DNA of 62,001 nucleotides, the filler included, from Candidatus Fermentibacterota bacterium (GTDB lineage: Bacteria; JAFGKV01): the NCBI GenBank assembly GCA_016928395.1. It is 4 parts of 4 records of this genome, joined end to end, with 100 filler letters (N's around TTAATTAATTAA, not from the genome) between each part and the next. Parts side by side here need not be neighbours in the genome. Positions count along the whole stretch, not along the records: positions 6,608 to 37,469 come from JAFGKV010000112.1; positions 37,570 to 45,377 come from JAFGKV010000113.1; 2 more parts are not named here. One strand, written 5' to 3'. Numbering within the stretch: the stretch's first letter is position 1; each line of letters opens with the position of its first letter. The translations under genes were made by a program, and so were the position numbers. This document shows positions 29,701 through 38,682 of this stretch, in pieces. The notes under the pieces were generated by a model. The model was not told the origin of the DNA. It worked only from the letters and a program-made list of their open reading frames with translations, and did no database searches.

Positions 29701-30442
29701 ATACGGACGCCACGCCCAGGGCATTATCGGTGACCGCCGCAGCTACACCAGCGACCAGCGTCCCATGGGACCACCATCCCTCGGCGTCGGGGGGACACGG
29801 GCTTGGGTCAGGATCATCGTGTGCAACATCGAAGCCGTGGACGTCATCGACGTATCCGTTGCCGTCATCGTCCACTCCGGGAAGCCCATTGGCCTCCGCT
29901 TCATTGGTATACACGTTGGCCAGCAGATCGGGATGAGTGAAATCGGTTCCATTGTCCACGATGGCAACGACGACTGCCCTGTCCCCCTGTTGCACGTCCC
30001 ACGCTTCGGGAGCCCATACCTGGGGCAACGCATACTGTGCGGGATAGCTGGGGTCATTGGGCAGGGTGACCGGCCGGGGAACCTCGACGGCTTCGACATA
30101 CTGAAGTGCAGGGTGCCCGGTCAACGCAGTCACGACCTGAGCCGGAGAAACGCCCGGGCCGGGGTGCAGCTGTAGAAACAGATCAAGGCGAGGGAGGTCG
30201 GCCCTGACAGCCACATCTGGATGAAGACGTTCCACTTCTACGATCCCTGCCCTCCGAAGAGATTGATCCAGAACGGGGATGCCCGTTTCAAAGGTGCGCC
30301 CCCTCGGCAGCACCGAGGACAGCTCAGGCTCGACCTTGGCGATGACCATGACGTCATGGGCCGAGATCCCGGGCGCAGGGGAGGGAGGAATCGAAAGCCC
30401 CGGCTGGGCAGCCAGGACGAAGACGGCAAGGATGGTGATCAT
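26741..30442 (-). CDS. Secreted multidomain S8 (subtilisin-like) peptidase with C-terminal FlgD-Ig/T9SS-like sorting domain
   Basis: IVDNG (Asp), HGTLVAG (His), AAGND, SGSSLASP (Ser); PNP...LYDLAGRLV..W.G.D..G..V.SGVY tail; ATG 30442 after GGAGG. Confidence 0.9.
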   Translation of the reverse strand: MITILAVFVLAAQPGLSIPPSPAPGISAHDVMVIAKVEPELSSVLPRGRTFETGIPVLDQSLRRAGIVEVERLHPDVAVRADLPRLDLFLQLHPGPGVSPAQVVTALTGHPALQYVEAVEVPRPVTLPNDPSYPAQYALPQVWAPEAWDVQQGDRAVVVAIVDNGTDFTHPDLLANVYTNEAEANGLPGVDDDGNGYVDDVHGFDVAHDDPDPSPCPPDAEGWWSHGTLVAGVAAAVTDNALGVASVSWNCSYLPVKASYDATPGSVARGYSGIVYAADTGADVINCSWGSYGVPSQYNQEVIDYATGLGSLVIAAAGNDPVGDPHYPSAYRNTVSVTWVDRNDRRNPSATWGRTVDVSAPGVGILSTSPGGYGSASGSSLASPMAAGLAGLIKAGYPGLTPFELARRLVLTADTIDAINPGFEGLLGTGRINAYRAVTETDLVEQPYLETVGWSVTDPLPGGNGDGWILPGETGHIVVTYRNYTVSPAYGTTVTLSADAPGIVIVQGVSDEGDVPADTTQTCSTPLSFLVDPCAPSQTVDLLLTYQASGGFCWRDTLSVAVGLSPILLVDDDDGSVNVEEYYLTVLDSLNIPVLRWDYSVSGVPGAELLSGFPLVIWACEWAFPSLTPEDRASLAAYLDAGGSLYLSGQDIGWDLCDPSSQNTSPEAVAWYQTYLGASYVADVASGGSVTGVPGDPIGHGLSFSVYQPGREPANQYPSVISPLPGAWPVFRYTPGECGAVRFFGQHRSLYTAFGFEAIASGQVLDPVDYTGVRTTLMGRVLDMLGPIIHEPLGDIEAMDAPLNVSALMHGPGTPDSLWLLWEADEAGFTEVLMTELGAGSFVAQIPAPGQPADIRYTLEARCPAYSWSLPAVGVFEFHVGPDHVPPVVGLPTQLASTIFVDSSRPVAVMASDNLGLDTESGLIRYMAGDIEGQLALSFEEWVGRDGLFGGALGQVGVLGDTVHYFCTVTDTAAMPNTGASETLRYVYGLDDFENGLDVWDPGDDWALISGGSAYSGQWIVTDSPSGPYPNNASNSLTLMPGLDLSSATAGRVSFWVKYGLEDGHDFCHVEASRDGEEWRALLSLTGRQMAWTRFEATLGEFVGEGCDSVLIRFRLVSDESGQDVGVYLDDVYIDTRAGSATGSQPLPERPRLVAHPNPSRGSVIFRASPGCETAGLRLYDLAGRLVTTIAAPGSDGSYEWAGTDDLGRPVGSGVYCARLAGAPLEIRVVLIR

Positions 30443-30807
30443 GAGAGTAACCTCCGGGACATGCAGGCGTGATGGGACTCGGGGATTCATGCGGCCCTTT
30501 GAGGCTATGTGCTCGATGGGGGAAATGCAAGGATTGATATCCCCCGCGATGGTTGACTACCCGCGGGGCGGTGGATGGGTCAAAACCCAGGGAGCAACAC
30601 GGAACGATCAGTCTCCCCACCGGCACGAGGTCGCCTCGGTCTCCTGAGACGGTTCTTCCCGGCGAATCCACAAGCTCGTCAATACCTCGAGGATGGCGGG
30701 TGGACTCGCTTCGCCGGCCCTCGTCTTCGTGAGGCAGGATGCCGTGTGAATCGGTGGGCTTTGTCTGCCTGCCTTCACCCGCATAAGTTGTCCTGAAAGG
30801 AGGACTC

Positions 30808-32253
30808 ATGGCCACACTTCCCATGAGAACTGACTGCCGGCTTGCTGGCAGTGCCCTGGCCCCATGGACTGAAGGCCGGTGGATCGGTGAGGCGCCCAGC
30901 GCCATCCTCGGCGTATGCCTCGACTCGCGGGCTGTTGCCCCCGGAGACCTGTTCGTTGCTCTCAGCGGCGCCACCAGCGATGGCCACCTGTTCATTCGGG
31001 ATGCTGCGGCTCGCGGCGCGGCAGCGGCGCTGGTATCCTCTTCGGGTGAGGCCTCGGCTCTTCCCTGCCTGAGGGTCGCCGATACTCTTGTGGCCCTCCA
31101 CGCTATCGCCAGCCATTGCCGTGCCCGGTATGACGGTCTCATGGCGGCCCTGACGGGCAGCGTCGGGAAGACCACGGTCAAGGACATGACGGCCGCTATC
31201 CTGAGCGTTCTGGGGCCGACCTTGGCCACCGAGGGCAACTTCAACAATGCCACCGGTGTGCCGTTGACCCTGCTGGCGCTGGCATCTCATCACCAGTTCG
31301 CAGTGGTGGAAATCGGCATGAGCCTCCCCGGCGAGATCAGCTCGCTGGTGCCTCTGGTACGGCCGGACATCGCCGCAGTCATTAACGTGAAGCCGGTGCA
31401 CCTCCAGAACTTCACGAGCCTGGCCGACATCGCCGCCGCCAAGGCAGAGATCCTCACCGGCATCCGGCCCGGCGGCATCGCCGTGCTGAATGCCGACGAT
31501 TCCCTGGTGCGAGCCATGCGCGTGCCCGACGCCGTCCGCGCGGTGTGGTTCGGTCGCGACTCCACGTCGGATCTGTGCCTTACCTCCTTCGGCTGCGTCG
31601 ATGTTGACCGGCAGCACTTCACCTTGAGATGGCGTGACCGGGAGATCGAGGTCACCCTCGGCGTACCGGGGGATCACAATCGGTTCAATGCCGCAGCCGC
31701 GGCCGCCATCGCGTTGGCGGCCGGGGCCGGGCCAGACGACGTTGCCGCAGGCTTGTCTCAATTCACACCAAGCCCGATGCGGTCGCGCCTCGTCCATCTG
31801 ACCGACGGCAGCATTCTTCTGGAAGATTGCTACAATGCCTCACCCGACGCCTTCGCGGCGGCCCTCCACACCATCGTACACCTGCCTGTGGAAGGCCGCC
31901 GTGTAGTGGTCATGGGCGACATGCGGGAGCTTGGGGATGCCGCCGAGGTCTTCCACCGTGAGGTCGGGGCCCGGGCGGCCGTCGCCGGCATCGCGGAGCT
32001 GCTGGCCTATGGCCCCCTGGCCGAGGCTGCCGTGCGAGAGTTCCAACGGGCATCACCGGGTGGCACGGGCTACTACTGCACCACCAGTGAGGAACTGGTA
32101 CAACACCTGCTGGCGAGTCATAGACCGGGTGACATCATCCTCATCAAGGGTTCCCGCGCCATGGCGCTGGAGCGGGTCAGCGCTGCATTGCTGGCGCAGT
32201 TCCCGCCCCGCGCGCAGCCCGGCCCGTCCGCATCGCCGAACCCGAGTTCCTGA
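30808..32253 (+). CDS. murF: UDP-N-acetylmuramoyl-tripeptide--D-Ala-D-Ala ligase
   Basis: DSR, TGSVGKTTVK, GNFNN..GVP.T, EIGM, D.YNASP, GDM.ELG, KGSR. Confidence 0.95.
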   Translation: MATLPMRTDCRLAGSALAPWTEGRWIGEAPSAILGVCLDSRAVAPGDLFVALSGATSDGHLFIRDAAARGAAAALVSSSGEASALPCLRVADTLVALHAIASHCRARYDGLMAALTGSVGKTTVKDMTAAILSVLGPTLATEGNFNNATGVPLTLLALASHHQFAVVEIGMSLPGEISSLVPLVRPDIAAVINVKPVHLQNFTSLADIAAAKAEILTGIRPGGIAVLNADDSLVRAMRVPDAVRAVWFGRDSTSDLCLTSFGCVDVDRQHFTLRWRDREIEVTLGVPGDHNRFNAAAAAAIALAAGAGPDDVAAGLSQFTPSPMRSRLVHLTDGSILLEDCYNASPDAFAAALHTIVHLPVEGRRVVVMGDMRELGDAAEVFHREVGARAAVAGIAELLAYGPLAEAAVREFQRASPGGTGYYCTTSEELVQHLLASHRPGDIILIKGSRAMALERVSAALLAQFPPRAQPGPSASPNPSS

Positions 32254-34199
32254 TGGCGTTGCGACGCCCACGGTCTGTGTCGGCGGCGGTTCTGGCCGTG
32301 GCTGTTGCAGCCGTTACCGCAACAGAAACGCCTGCGCCGGTGCTCCTGTACGGACCGGATGTCCAACGGGCTCCCGACTCCGCGGTGTCTTCGGCAACGC
32401 GGTTTCGGCCGGGGGAGCCCGTGCCGTTGGGTGATCCCTTCACCGTGGGATCCGGGCGCTCCTTCATCCTCATTGCTACCGGCCAACTCGTGCAGATGAC
32501 CACCGGCACAGAAGCGCTGTTCTCGGCCGACGGCACCGAACTCCGGATTCGCCGTGGTAGCGTAACGCTGCATGCCGACCTACCCAACGACTCTCTGCGG
32601 GTGTGGCTGGTTACCGAGGGCGCCACGATCCGCAACCTCGGCGACACCCTACGCGTCGTGATCAACGGCCAGCGCCGACGCCTGCTGCGGGGCGACGTAG
32701 TGCGGGGCGAGAAAGCTCTCGGGTCGGGAGGAGCCTGGGTCAAATCGGATGAGGCCGACGGCGGATACCTTCTAGGCCTTGTCCGCTCGGGTGCACTGCC
32801 CGCCCGTGACTTCACCTTCCGTCTGCCCAGCCTCCGGCCCCGGCGTGTTCGACACGATCTGCATGGGTATACCGGTGTCGCCACCTACGAAGGCACGCGA
32901 TACTACCTTGCCGAACTGACCTATCGCCTCCAGGCGCGGCAACTGCGGCTTGCCTATGACCTGTGGTTCGCCGTAAGCCGTGACGGGCGCTTCTATTCAG
33001 AAGCCTGGGACCAGTGGAAAGACTTGGTGGATCATGTGAACCATGTCCAGATCTTCATGCCCGGCGATCCGCTCTTTGTGCGCATGGGGCACATTGAACG
33101 TCTCTCGTACGGTCGCGGGCTGCTCATGGACAACTACACCAATGCCGTGTTTCTCCCCTTCGAACGGCGCACTGGCCTCCTCACCGAAGCGCGCATGTTC
33201 CCGCTGACGCTGCAGTTGTTCATGAACGATATTGGAAAGCCCCGGGTTGCGGGAGGGTGTCTCCTGTGGACTCGCCCGGATCGCGTATCGGCGATGCTGA
33301 CCTACGTTGGTGACTTCGATCAATACTCGAACATCCGAGACCGCGACGGCGATTCCTATCCCGATCAAATCGATCCAGAACCCGATGTAGTGAACGCACC
33401 CAGTGACAGCATCATCCATGCACTGCAGCCCGTGAGTCTTGACAGCCTGAGCCGGCAATCACTCCATGGCTTCGCGGTGGGATTTGACTACCGCTATCTC
33501 CGTACGGAACACGCCCAACTGCGTCTTGAGGGGGAGCTATCAGCGCTCAGCAACGGAGGGGTGGGCACGAGTTTCCCGGCCATGGCCTTACAGTATCGTG
33601 GAGTCACACTGGGAATCGGGATAGATTTCCAGACACCGCGGTTCGAAGCGGCGGTATTCGACGGCACGTATGAGCTGGACAAGGCCCGCTTCCTGCTCCA
33701 GCCAGACAGCACGCTGCGTTTGGTCTCGCGGGGAAGTGAGCTGGCCCGTACTGACGAGTGGTTGTATGGCTGGAGCAACCGCCTGGTGGTCGAAATAGGC
33801 GACAACTTCTTTCTGCAGTCGCGATTCCGCGACGTGTACCGGGGGGACTACAGGAACAAGCTCTTCCGTCTTGCCGCCGAATCGTCATTCCCATTCCTGG
33901 CGCCCATCACCCGCATCGGGGTGTTCATCGAGCAGAGAAACGTGTCCCGGCTGCTACGGGAGCGAACTGACGGCGAGATCTGGGGTGTGGAGGTCTGCGG
34001 TACGCCTCACCGATCGCTGCTGGTCAAGACGCGCTACCGTGAGCGCTACAGCGACGACAATGCCAGCGGCATCATCGAGGACAATGAGGTCAGTCGGTCA
34101 TTCTCCGCCAGCATGACAGTGGATGGGGGCTACTGGTGGCGGCAGTACCAGCAGTGGCGCCGCCGGCGGGCTGGGGAAGACGAAGCCGCTGCAGACTAG
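32253..34199 (+). CDS. Exported protein: FecR-like N-terminus plus probable outer-membrane beta-barrel
   Basis: Signal peptide; RIRRGSV..VTEGATI..LG FecR-like strands; DRDGDSYPD..DPEPD Ca-binding-like loop; barrel region homologous to 34386-35612. Confidence 0.6.
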   Translation: MALRRPRSVSAAVLAVAVAAVTATETPAPVLLYGPDVQRAPDSAVSSATRFRPGEPVPLGDPFTVGSGRSFILIATGQLVQMTTGTEALFSADGTELRIRRGSVTLHADLPNDSLRVWLVTEGATIRNLGDTLRVVINGQRRRLLRGDVVRGEKALGSGGAWVKSDEADGGYLLGLVRSGALPARDFTFRLPSLRPRRVRHDLHGYTGVATYEGTRYYLAELTYRLQARQLRLAYDLWFAVSRDGRFYSEAWDQWKDLVDHVNHVQIFMPGDPLFVRMGHIERLSYGRGLLMDNYTNAVFLPFERRTGLLTEARMFPLTLQLFMNDIGKPRVAGGCLLWTRPDRVSAMLTYVGDFDQYSNIRDRDGDSYPDQIDPEPDVVNAPSDSIIHALQPVSLDSLSRQSLHGFAVGFDYRYLRTEHAQLRLEGELSALSNGGVGTSFPAMALQYRGVTLGIGIDFQTPRFEAAVFDGTYELDKARFLLQPDSTLRLVSRGSELARTDEWLYGWSNRLVVEIGDNFFLQSRFRDVYRGDYRNKLFRLAAESSFPFLAPITRIGVFIEQRNVSRLLRERTDGEIWGVEVCGTPHRSLLVKTRYRERYSDDNASGIIEDNEVSRSFSASMTVDGGYWWRQYQQWRRRRAGEDEAAAD

Positions 34200-34385
34200 T
34201 GTTCTTTCACGGCACGTGGTTGAGGCCCCGAGGGGGACCAGACCCGCGACCTCCACGGCGCAGGGAGGGCGTATATCCGCCGTGCCATCTCACCGACGAG
34301 CAAGGCGGGAGGTCGTGAGATATCGTCCGCGGAATGCGAAGGCGGTTCCGAGACAGGACACTATCCGTGCGCCGGGCAGCGGGAG

Positions 34386-35612
34386 TCAGAAGGCAAGGCT
34401 GGCGGTGAGCCGGGGCGAGATCACGTCCACCGGCCGGTATGCGCCGTCGTCGGCTTTCTCAAAGGTGCGTAGAAACCTCAGATAGCAGGAAGCCCACCCG
34501 TTGAGCCGGTAGCCCGCCCACAGCTCAATGAGAGTCTTGCCTGACTCGGTGAGATCGCTCAACGTCTCGATGCCGGTAGCGTCAAGGCTCGCCCGCAGCT
34601 GCACCCGCTGCCCCACGGCCAGCGGTGCGACGTCCACGTGAAAGGCCCCGCTGCCGGTGCTGCCGTTCCTCCGGGAGAACCCGGCCACGAGAGAGGCGGT
34701 ACCTGCCAGGGTGCCCTGCAGTTCCGCATACCAGCCGCCGTGCGCCCCTGTGGCGTCCAGGAGATCTCGCTTGCGAAGCCCCGTGGCTGGATCAAACCGG
34801 GCGACGCCATAGAATGCGTCCATGTAGGCCGGCAGGAACCGTGCACCAAGGAAACGTCGCTCCAGGCGACACTGAAGCCCCGAGAACATCGCCATCGTGC
34901 CGAGATCGATGCCAATGCCCGCTGCGCCGCCAGTTCCGTACCGCAGGATACTCGCCGCCTCTCCGTAGAGGAGGCACCCGGCGGGTGAACCCTGGACTAG
35001 AGGAAACTCGCTATCGAAACCGACGATGGTGACGCCGTCACCCGTGCGGCGATCGGCGTCTGGATCATCATCCGCAACGACGCTAAATCCGAACCGCCAT
35101 GGACCAAGCGCCACAGCCGGGCGGGAGAAGGGCTCGATCCAGAGGCGGGCTCCCAGGATCTCCTGGCGGCCGACGCTGCTGGAGAAGGCATCTAGGCCGA
35201 CGCGCCGCGCCCGAGCGCAGGCATGTACTCCCAGCCGTCGGTAGTCCTCGTCGTACCAGTTCGTATAGCGGCTGACCATAAGACCGCGCCCCACAGTCAG
35301 GGCGTTCAGCGCTCCAAGGCGGAGATGGACGGGATCGCTCGCTACTCCCCAACGGACGTAACGAATGAGCCTAACCCACTGGTGCGACGATGCCCAATCA
35401 TCGTCTCGCAGCCCCTCGCGCTGCATCAATAGCTCTACATCCAAGCCCGCGCCGAATCGGCCCACATCGAGTTCAGGCGTGAACCGGATAACCCAGAATA
35501 GGTCGCCTCCCAAGAAAGCCGCACCCGCCTCGCCTCCCACCGTGCCGCTCCATGCGCTCGTCGCCAGGAGCGGAAGCCAGATGAGTGCTTGCCAGGTCAT
35601 CCGCCGCATCAT
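34386..35612 (-). CDS. Probable outer-membrane beta-barrel protein
   Basis: Signal peptide, alternating amphipathic strands, C-terminal Phe (LTASLAF). Confidence 0.65.
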   Translation of the reverse strand: MMRRMTWQALIWLPLLATSAWSGTVGGEAGAAFLGGDLFWVIRFTPELDVGRFGAGLDVELLMQREGLRDDDWASSHQWVRLIRYVRWGVASDPVHLRLGALNALTVGRGLMVSRYTNWYDEDYRRLGVHACARARRVGLDAFSSSVGRQEILGARLWIEPFSRPAVALGPWRFGFSVVADDDPDADRRTGDGVTIVGFDSEFPLVQGSPAGCLLYGEAASILRYGTGGAAGIGIDLGTMAMFSGLQCRLERRFLGARFLPAYMDAFYGVARFDPATGLRKRDLLDATGAHGGWYAELQGTLAGTASLVAGFSRRNGSTGSGAFHVDVAPLAVGQRVQLRASLDATGIETLSDLTESGKTLIELWAGYRLNGWASCYLRFLRTFEKADDGAYRPVDVISPRLTASLAF

Positions 35613-35672
35613 TCCTTACCTCCTCCGATGCAAAGCATGGGCGTATGATAGCCATCTACAGTGGAGTCTACA

Positions 35673-36839
35673 ATGAAGGAACGCGCAGGGTCTGACCCCT
35701 TGATTGCGGCCTATGTATCAGGCCATGGCTTCGGCCATGCGGTGCGGACATCGACCATCCTCAAAGAACTGCTCAAAGAGATGCCAAAGCTGCGGGTCAT
35801 CGCCAAGACTGATGCACCCGCGTGGCTTTTTGCGGGCCTGGGTGATCGCGTCTGTGTGCTGCCAGTCCAAGTGGATGCGCCTCCAGTACAGGCGGATGCT
35901 TTCACCATGGACATCGACGCAACCCTCGCCGGCATGCAGGCATGGCTGAGCCGGAAGGATGAGTGGATTCGAAGAGAGGCGGCATGGCTTGAGGATCAGG
36001 GCGTTGCACTGGTCATCGCGGACATCAGCCCCCTCGCCCTGGCCGCGGCTGATCTGGCCCGAGTACCCAGCGCGCTGATCGCCAACTTCACCTGGGAGTG
36101 GATACTCTCCGAAGCATACCTCCCTCACCCGCTATCTGCGGCAGTGGCCCGTGAGTGGTCGGCATGCACGCCCCTGGCCTCATGGTGCTTCTGCACTGCC
36201 CCGACCGCCGAGATAGGTCACCCGTGTCCCATTCCCGTTGGTATCGTCGGCCGCCGCTGCGAGTGGGATCGAGACGAGGTCAGGCAATGGCTGGGGCTCT
36301 CGGCCAGCGACATCGCCGTGCTATTGAGCTTCGGTGGGCTGGACATACGGCATGTCGATTTCGGCCCACTGGCTGGTTTGGACGTCGTCTACCTGAGCAC
36401 CTCGCCGAAATCAGGCCTGCCCCGCTGCCAGTGTGTCGGGCGTGAGGTCGACCATGCCTGCCTCATGCACGCGGCTGACGTGGTTGTGGGCAAGCTGGGC
36501 TATTCCACGGTGGCCGAAGCAGTCATCCACGGAACCCCGTTCCTTTTTGCTCCTCGGGCCAATTGGCCCGAGGAGCAGATCCTGCGCACCGCGGTGGAAG
36601 GGCTACTCCCCTGGGCGTGCGTCCCATGGGACAGGTTCGCGGCCGGGCAATGGGCTCACGATCTTCTGACCCTGGCCGGCAGGGGAAAGACCGACGGGCA
36701 GATCGGGTACGGCGGAGCCCAGGTGGCACGCCTTGTGGCTGCCGCCCTGCGGAATGATGCGCTTGATAGGCCTGACCTCTACCCGCCTGCGAGTGAGCTG
36801 GCCTCGTGGCGTAGCCAAGCCATAGCCGGTTTAGGCTAG
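35673..36839 (+). CDS. GT-B glycosyltransferase-like protein (L-arabinokinase N-terminal-like)
   Basis: YVSGHGFGHA.R, NFTW, LLSFGG, KLGYSTVAE, R..WPE. Confidence 0.75.
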   Translation: MKERAGSDPLIAAYVSGHGFGHAVRTSTILKELLKEMPKLRVIAKTDAPAWLFAGLGDRVCVLPVQVDAPPVQADAFTMDIDATLAGMQAWLSRKDEWIRREAAWLEDQGVALVIADISPLALAAADLARVPSALIANFTWEWILSEAYLPHPLSAAVAREWSACTPLASWCFCTAPTAEIGHPCPIPVGIVGRRCEWDRDEVRQWLGLSASDIAVLLSFGGLDIRHVDFGPLAGLDVVYLSTSPKSGLPRCQCVGREVDHACLMHAADVVVGKLGYSTVAEAVIHGTPFLFAPRANWPEEQILRTAVEGLLPWACVPWDRFAAGQWAHDLLTLAGRGKTDGQIGYGGAQVARLVAAALRNDALDRPDLYPPASELASWRSQAIAGLG

Positions 36840-37036
36840 GCTGTATCATGATCGTGTCTCGGAGTGTGACAGGGTGCCCCACCGTGTGCGATGGCTGGGT
36901 CAAGGCTCCTCCCCAACGCTCCTCCGATGGCCATGGCTTCTTGGCTGGGCCTGCCTTGACACATAAAGGTGATCGCCCGGTCAAGAGGACACCTTTTCGC
37001 GGCGCAACAAGAGTGGCGCCAGAACCCGTGACCGTC

Positions 37037-37050
37037 GGCACGGATCATGC
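37037..37050 (+). promoter_or_regulatory. Candidate sigma54 -24/-12 promoter
   Basis: GGCACGGATCATGC (GG-N10-GC) 50 nt upstream of ORF 37101. Confidence 0.35.
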
Positions 37051-37100
37051 TTGTTACCGTTATCCCGAGAACACTATCCCGCACAAGGAACTTGAACTGA

Positions 37101-37334
37101 ATGGTTTTGCGGTGTGATCAAGGCGGAACGGACTCTATCGCCCCCGGTGTCAAACGGACGCACCCTCTGGGTATGATGCGCCGGCTCCGCGAGCTGCGCG
37201 TGAAAAGGGAGCGTCTGCAACACCGACGAGCAGAGTTGGAGTTGGAGATCGAGGACTTGACACTGCGAAGAGAGGAACTTAAGTTAGGAAAACAGTTTAC
37301 TACGAGAGCACGCATAGCTCGACTACGGTCATAG
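37101..37334 (+). CDS. Small coiled-coil hypothetical protein (alternative start 37173)
   Basis: Heptad Leu pattern LRELRVKRERLQHRRAELELEIEDLTLRREEL. Confidence 0.4.
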   Translation: MVLRCDQGGTDSIAPGVKRTHPLGMMRRLRELRVKRERLQHRRAELELEIEDLTLRREELKLGKQFTTRARIARLRS

Positions 37335-37469
37335 ACCGGCACGATCCTTGAAAACTTGCGTTCGATGACAGAGAAGGACCCGGAAGGAGGAGGGCGTACG
37401 TTCGTCTTTATTCGTAAAGCCTCCTGGGTTGTGGAACCCTTCCGGCATCACTGACCCCATGCCGCCCCC

Positions 37470-37569
37470 NNNNNNNNNNNNNNNNNNNNNNNNNNNNNNN
37501 NNNNNNNNNNNNNTTAATTAATTAANNNNNNNNNNNNNNNNNNNNNNNNNNNNNNNNNNNNNNNNNNNN
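37470..37569. other. Artificial contig linker
   Basis: N44-TTAATTAATTAA-N44. Confidence 0.98.
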
Positions 37570-37608
37570 TCGTCCATTCGTCCATTCGTCCATTCGTCCA
37601 TTCGTCCA
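37570..37608. repeat. Octamer tandem repeat (TCGTCCAT)n at contig start
   Basis: Four full units plus one nearly complete unit; cut by the contig edge. Confidence 0.9.
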
Positions 37609-37626
37609 CAGAGCCGGGGTCCTCCC

Positions 37627-38682
37627 ATGATTCACATGAACTATGCGTCGCAGGCGCTCTTGCCGGAGGTTTCGGCTCGGGCCGCCGCGACCGTGTATGC
37701 GCAGTACGCCGCGGCCGGGTCGTTGCCCTTCGACGTGTGGCGCGGCATCGCGGATACCGCTCGTCGCCGGGCCGCGGATCTGGCCAAGGTGCCGCCGTCG
37801 GACATCGCCTTTGTCGCCAGCACGACCCATGGCCTGCACTGTGCCATGCACCTGGTTCCCTGGGAGCCGGGAGACCGGGTCGTGGTGTCCGGTGCATTTC
37901 CGACCATACTCGCGCCATGGATGTATGGAGAACTGCCTGGCGTCAGGCCGGAGTTCCTGCCCTGGACAGACCCCGATGCCGTGTTGGCAGGGATCGCCGC
38001 GGCCGCTGCCCGAGGGCCGGTCAGGGCCGTGTTCGTTGACTGGGTTCACTACATCACCGGCAGAGCACTCCCCCTGGAGAAGGTCCGCCTTCTCATCGGC
38101 CCCGACGGGTATCTCGTCGCGGACGTGATGCAGGGTCTCGGGCTTCTGCCGTCACCCGCCCGGCATGTCGATATCATGGTGGCCGGCGGCACCAAGTGGC
38201 TCATGGGCCCGGAGGGTACCGGCATCCTGTACCTCAACCCCGCTCGTCGATGGAACAGCGGGCCCGTCGGGTGGCTCTCGGCTGAGTATGAGGGCTTCAC
38301 CCACTGCATGCCGCCCCGCCCGCCGGATCCGGGTGCCCGACGGCTGGAAGCGGGCACGAGGAACACGCCAGGCATCGCCGCGCTCTCCCAGAGCATCAAC
38401 CTCATTCTCGAGGCAGGTGACCCCTGGCGCGTGGTCCAACCCATGGTGCAGGCCCTCATCTCGGGCGGGCGCGAACTCGGGCTTCAGCCCTCGGCAGATA
38501 GACCGGAGAGCGGCATCGTGGGTTTGGCCTTTCCCGATCCGGTGAGTGTCGCCGCCGTTCTCCTGGATCGCGGCGTTCGAGTATCGGCCCGCGACACGTG
38601 GCTGCGGATCTCGCCCCACTTCGTCAACACCATGGACGAGGTGCAGGCGTTGCTGTCGATCCTGGCCTTGCTCGCCGGGTGA
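37627..38682 (+). CDS. PLP-dependent aminotransferase class V / cysteine-desulfurase-like enzyme
   Basis: HMNYAS, DVMQ, GGTKWLMGPEG (PLP Lys), RLEAGT, LRISPHFVNT. Confidence 0.85.
   Translation: MIHMNYASQALLPEVSARAAATVYAQYAAAGSLPFDVWRGIADTARRRAADLAKVPPSDIAFVASTTHGLHCAMHLVPWEPGDRVVVSGAFPTILAPWMYGELPGVRPEFLPWTDPDAVLAGIAAAAARGPVRAVFVDWVHYITGRALPLEKVRLLIGPDGYLVADVMQGLGLLPSPARHVDIMVAGGTKWLMGPEGTGILYLNPARRWNSGPVGWLSAEYEGFTHCMPPRPPDPGARRLEAGTRNTPGIAALSQSINLILEAGDPWRVVQPMVQALISGGRELGLQPSADRPESGIVGLAFPDPVSVAAVLLDRGVRVSARDTWLRISPHFVNTMDEVQALLSILALLAG

Noticed and set aside
30540-30780. Several hairpins between the S8 peptidase and murF
   Set aside because: GC-rich stems without a recognisable riboswitch or ncRNA consensus.
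37373-37400. SRP-RNA-like CCGGAAGG loop
   Set aside because: Lacks the conserved CAGG/AGCAG internal-loop sequence.
37570-37608. Possible CRISPR array
   Set aside because: 8-nt head-to-tail units with no spacers; no cas genes or repeat-spacer pattern seen anywhere in the window.
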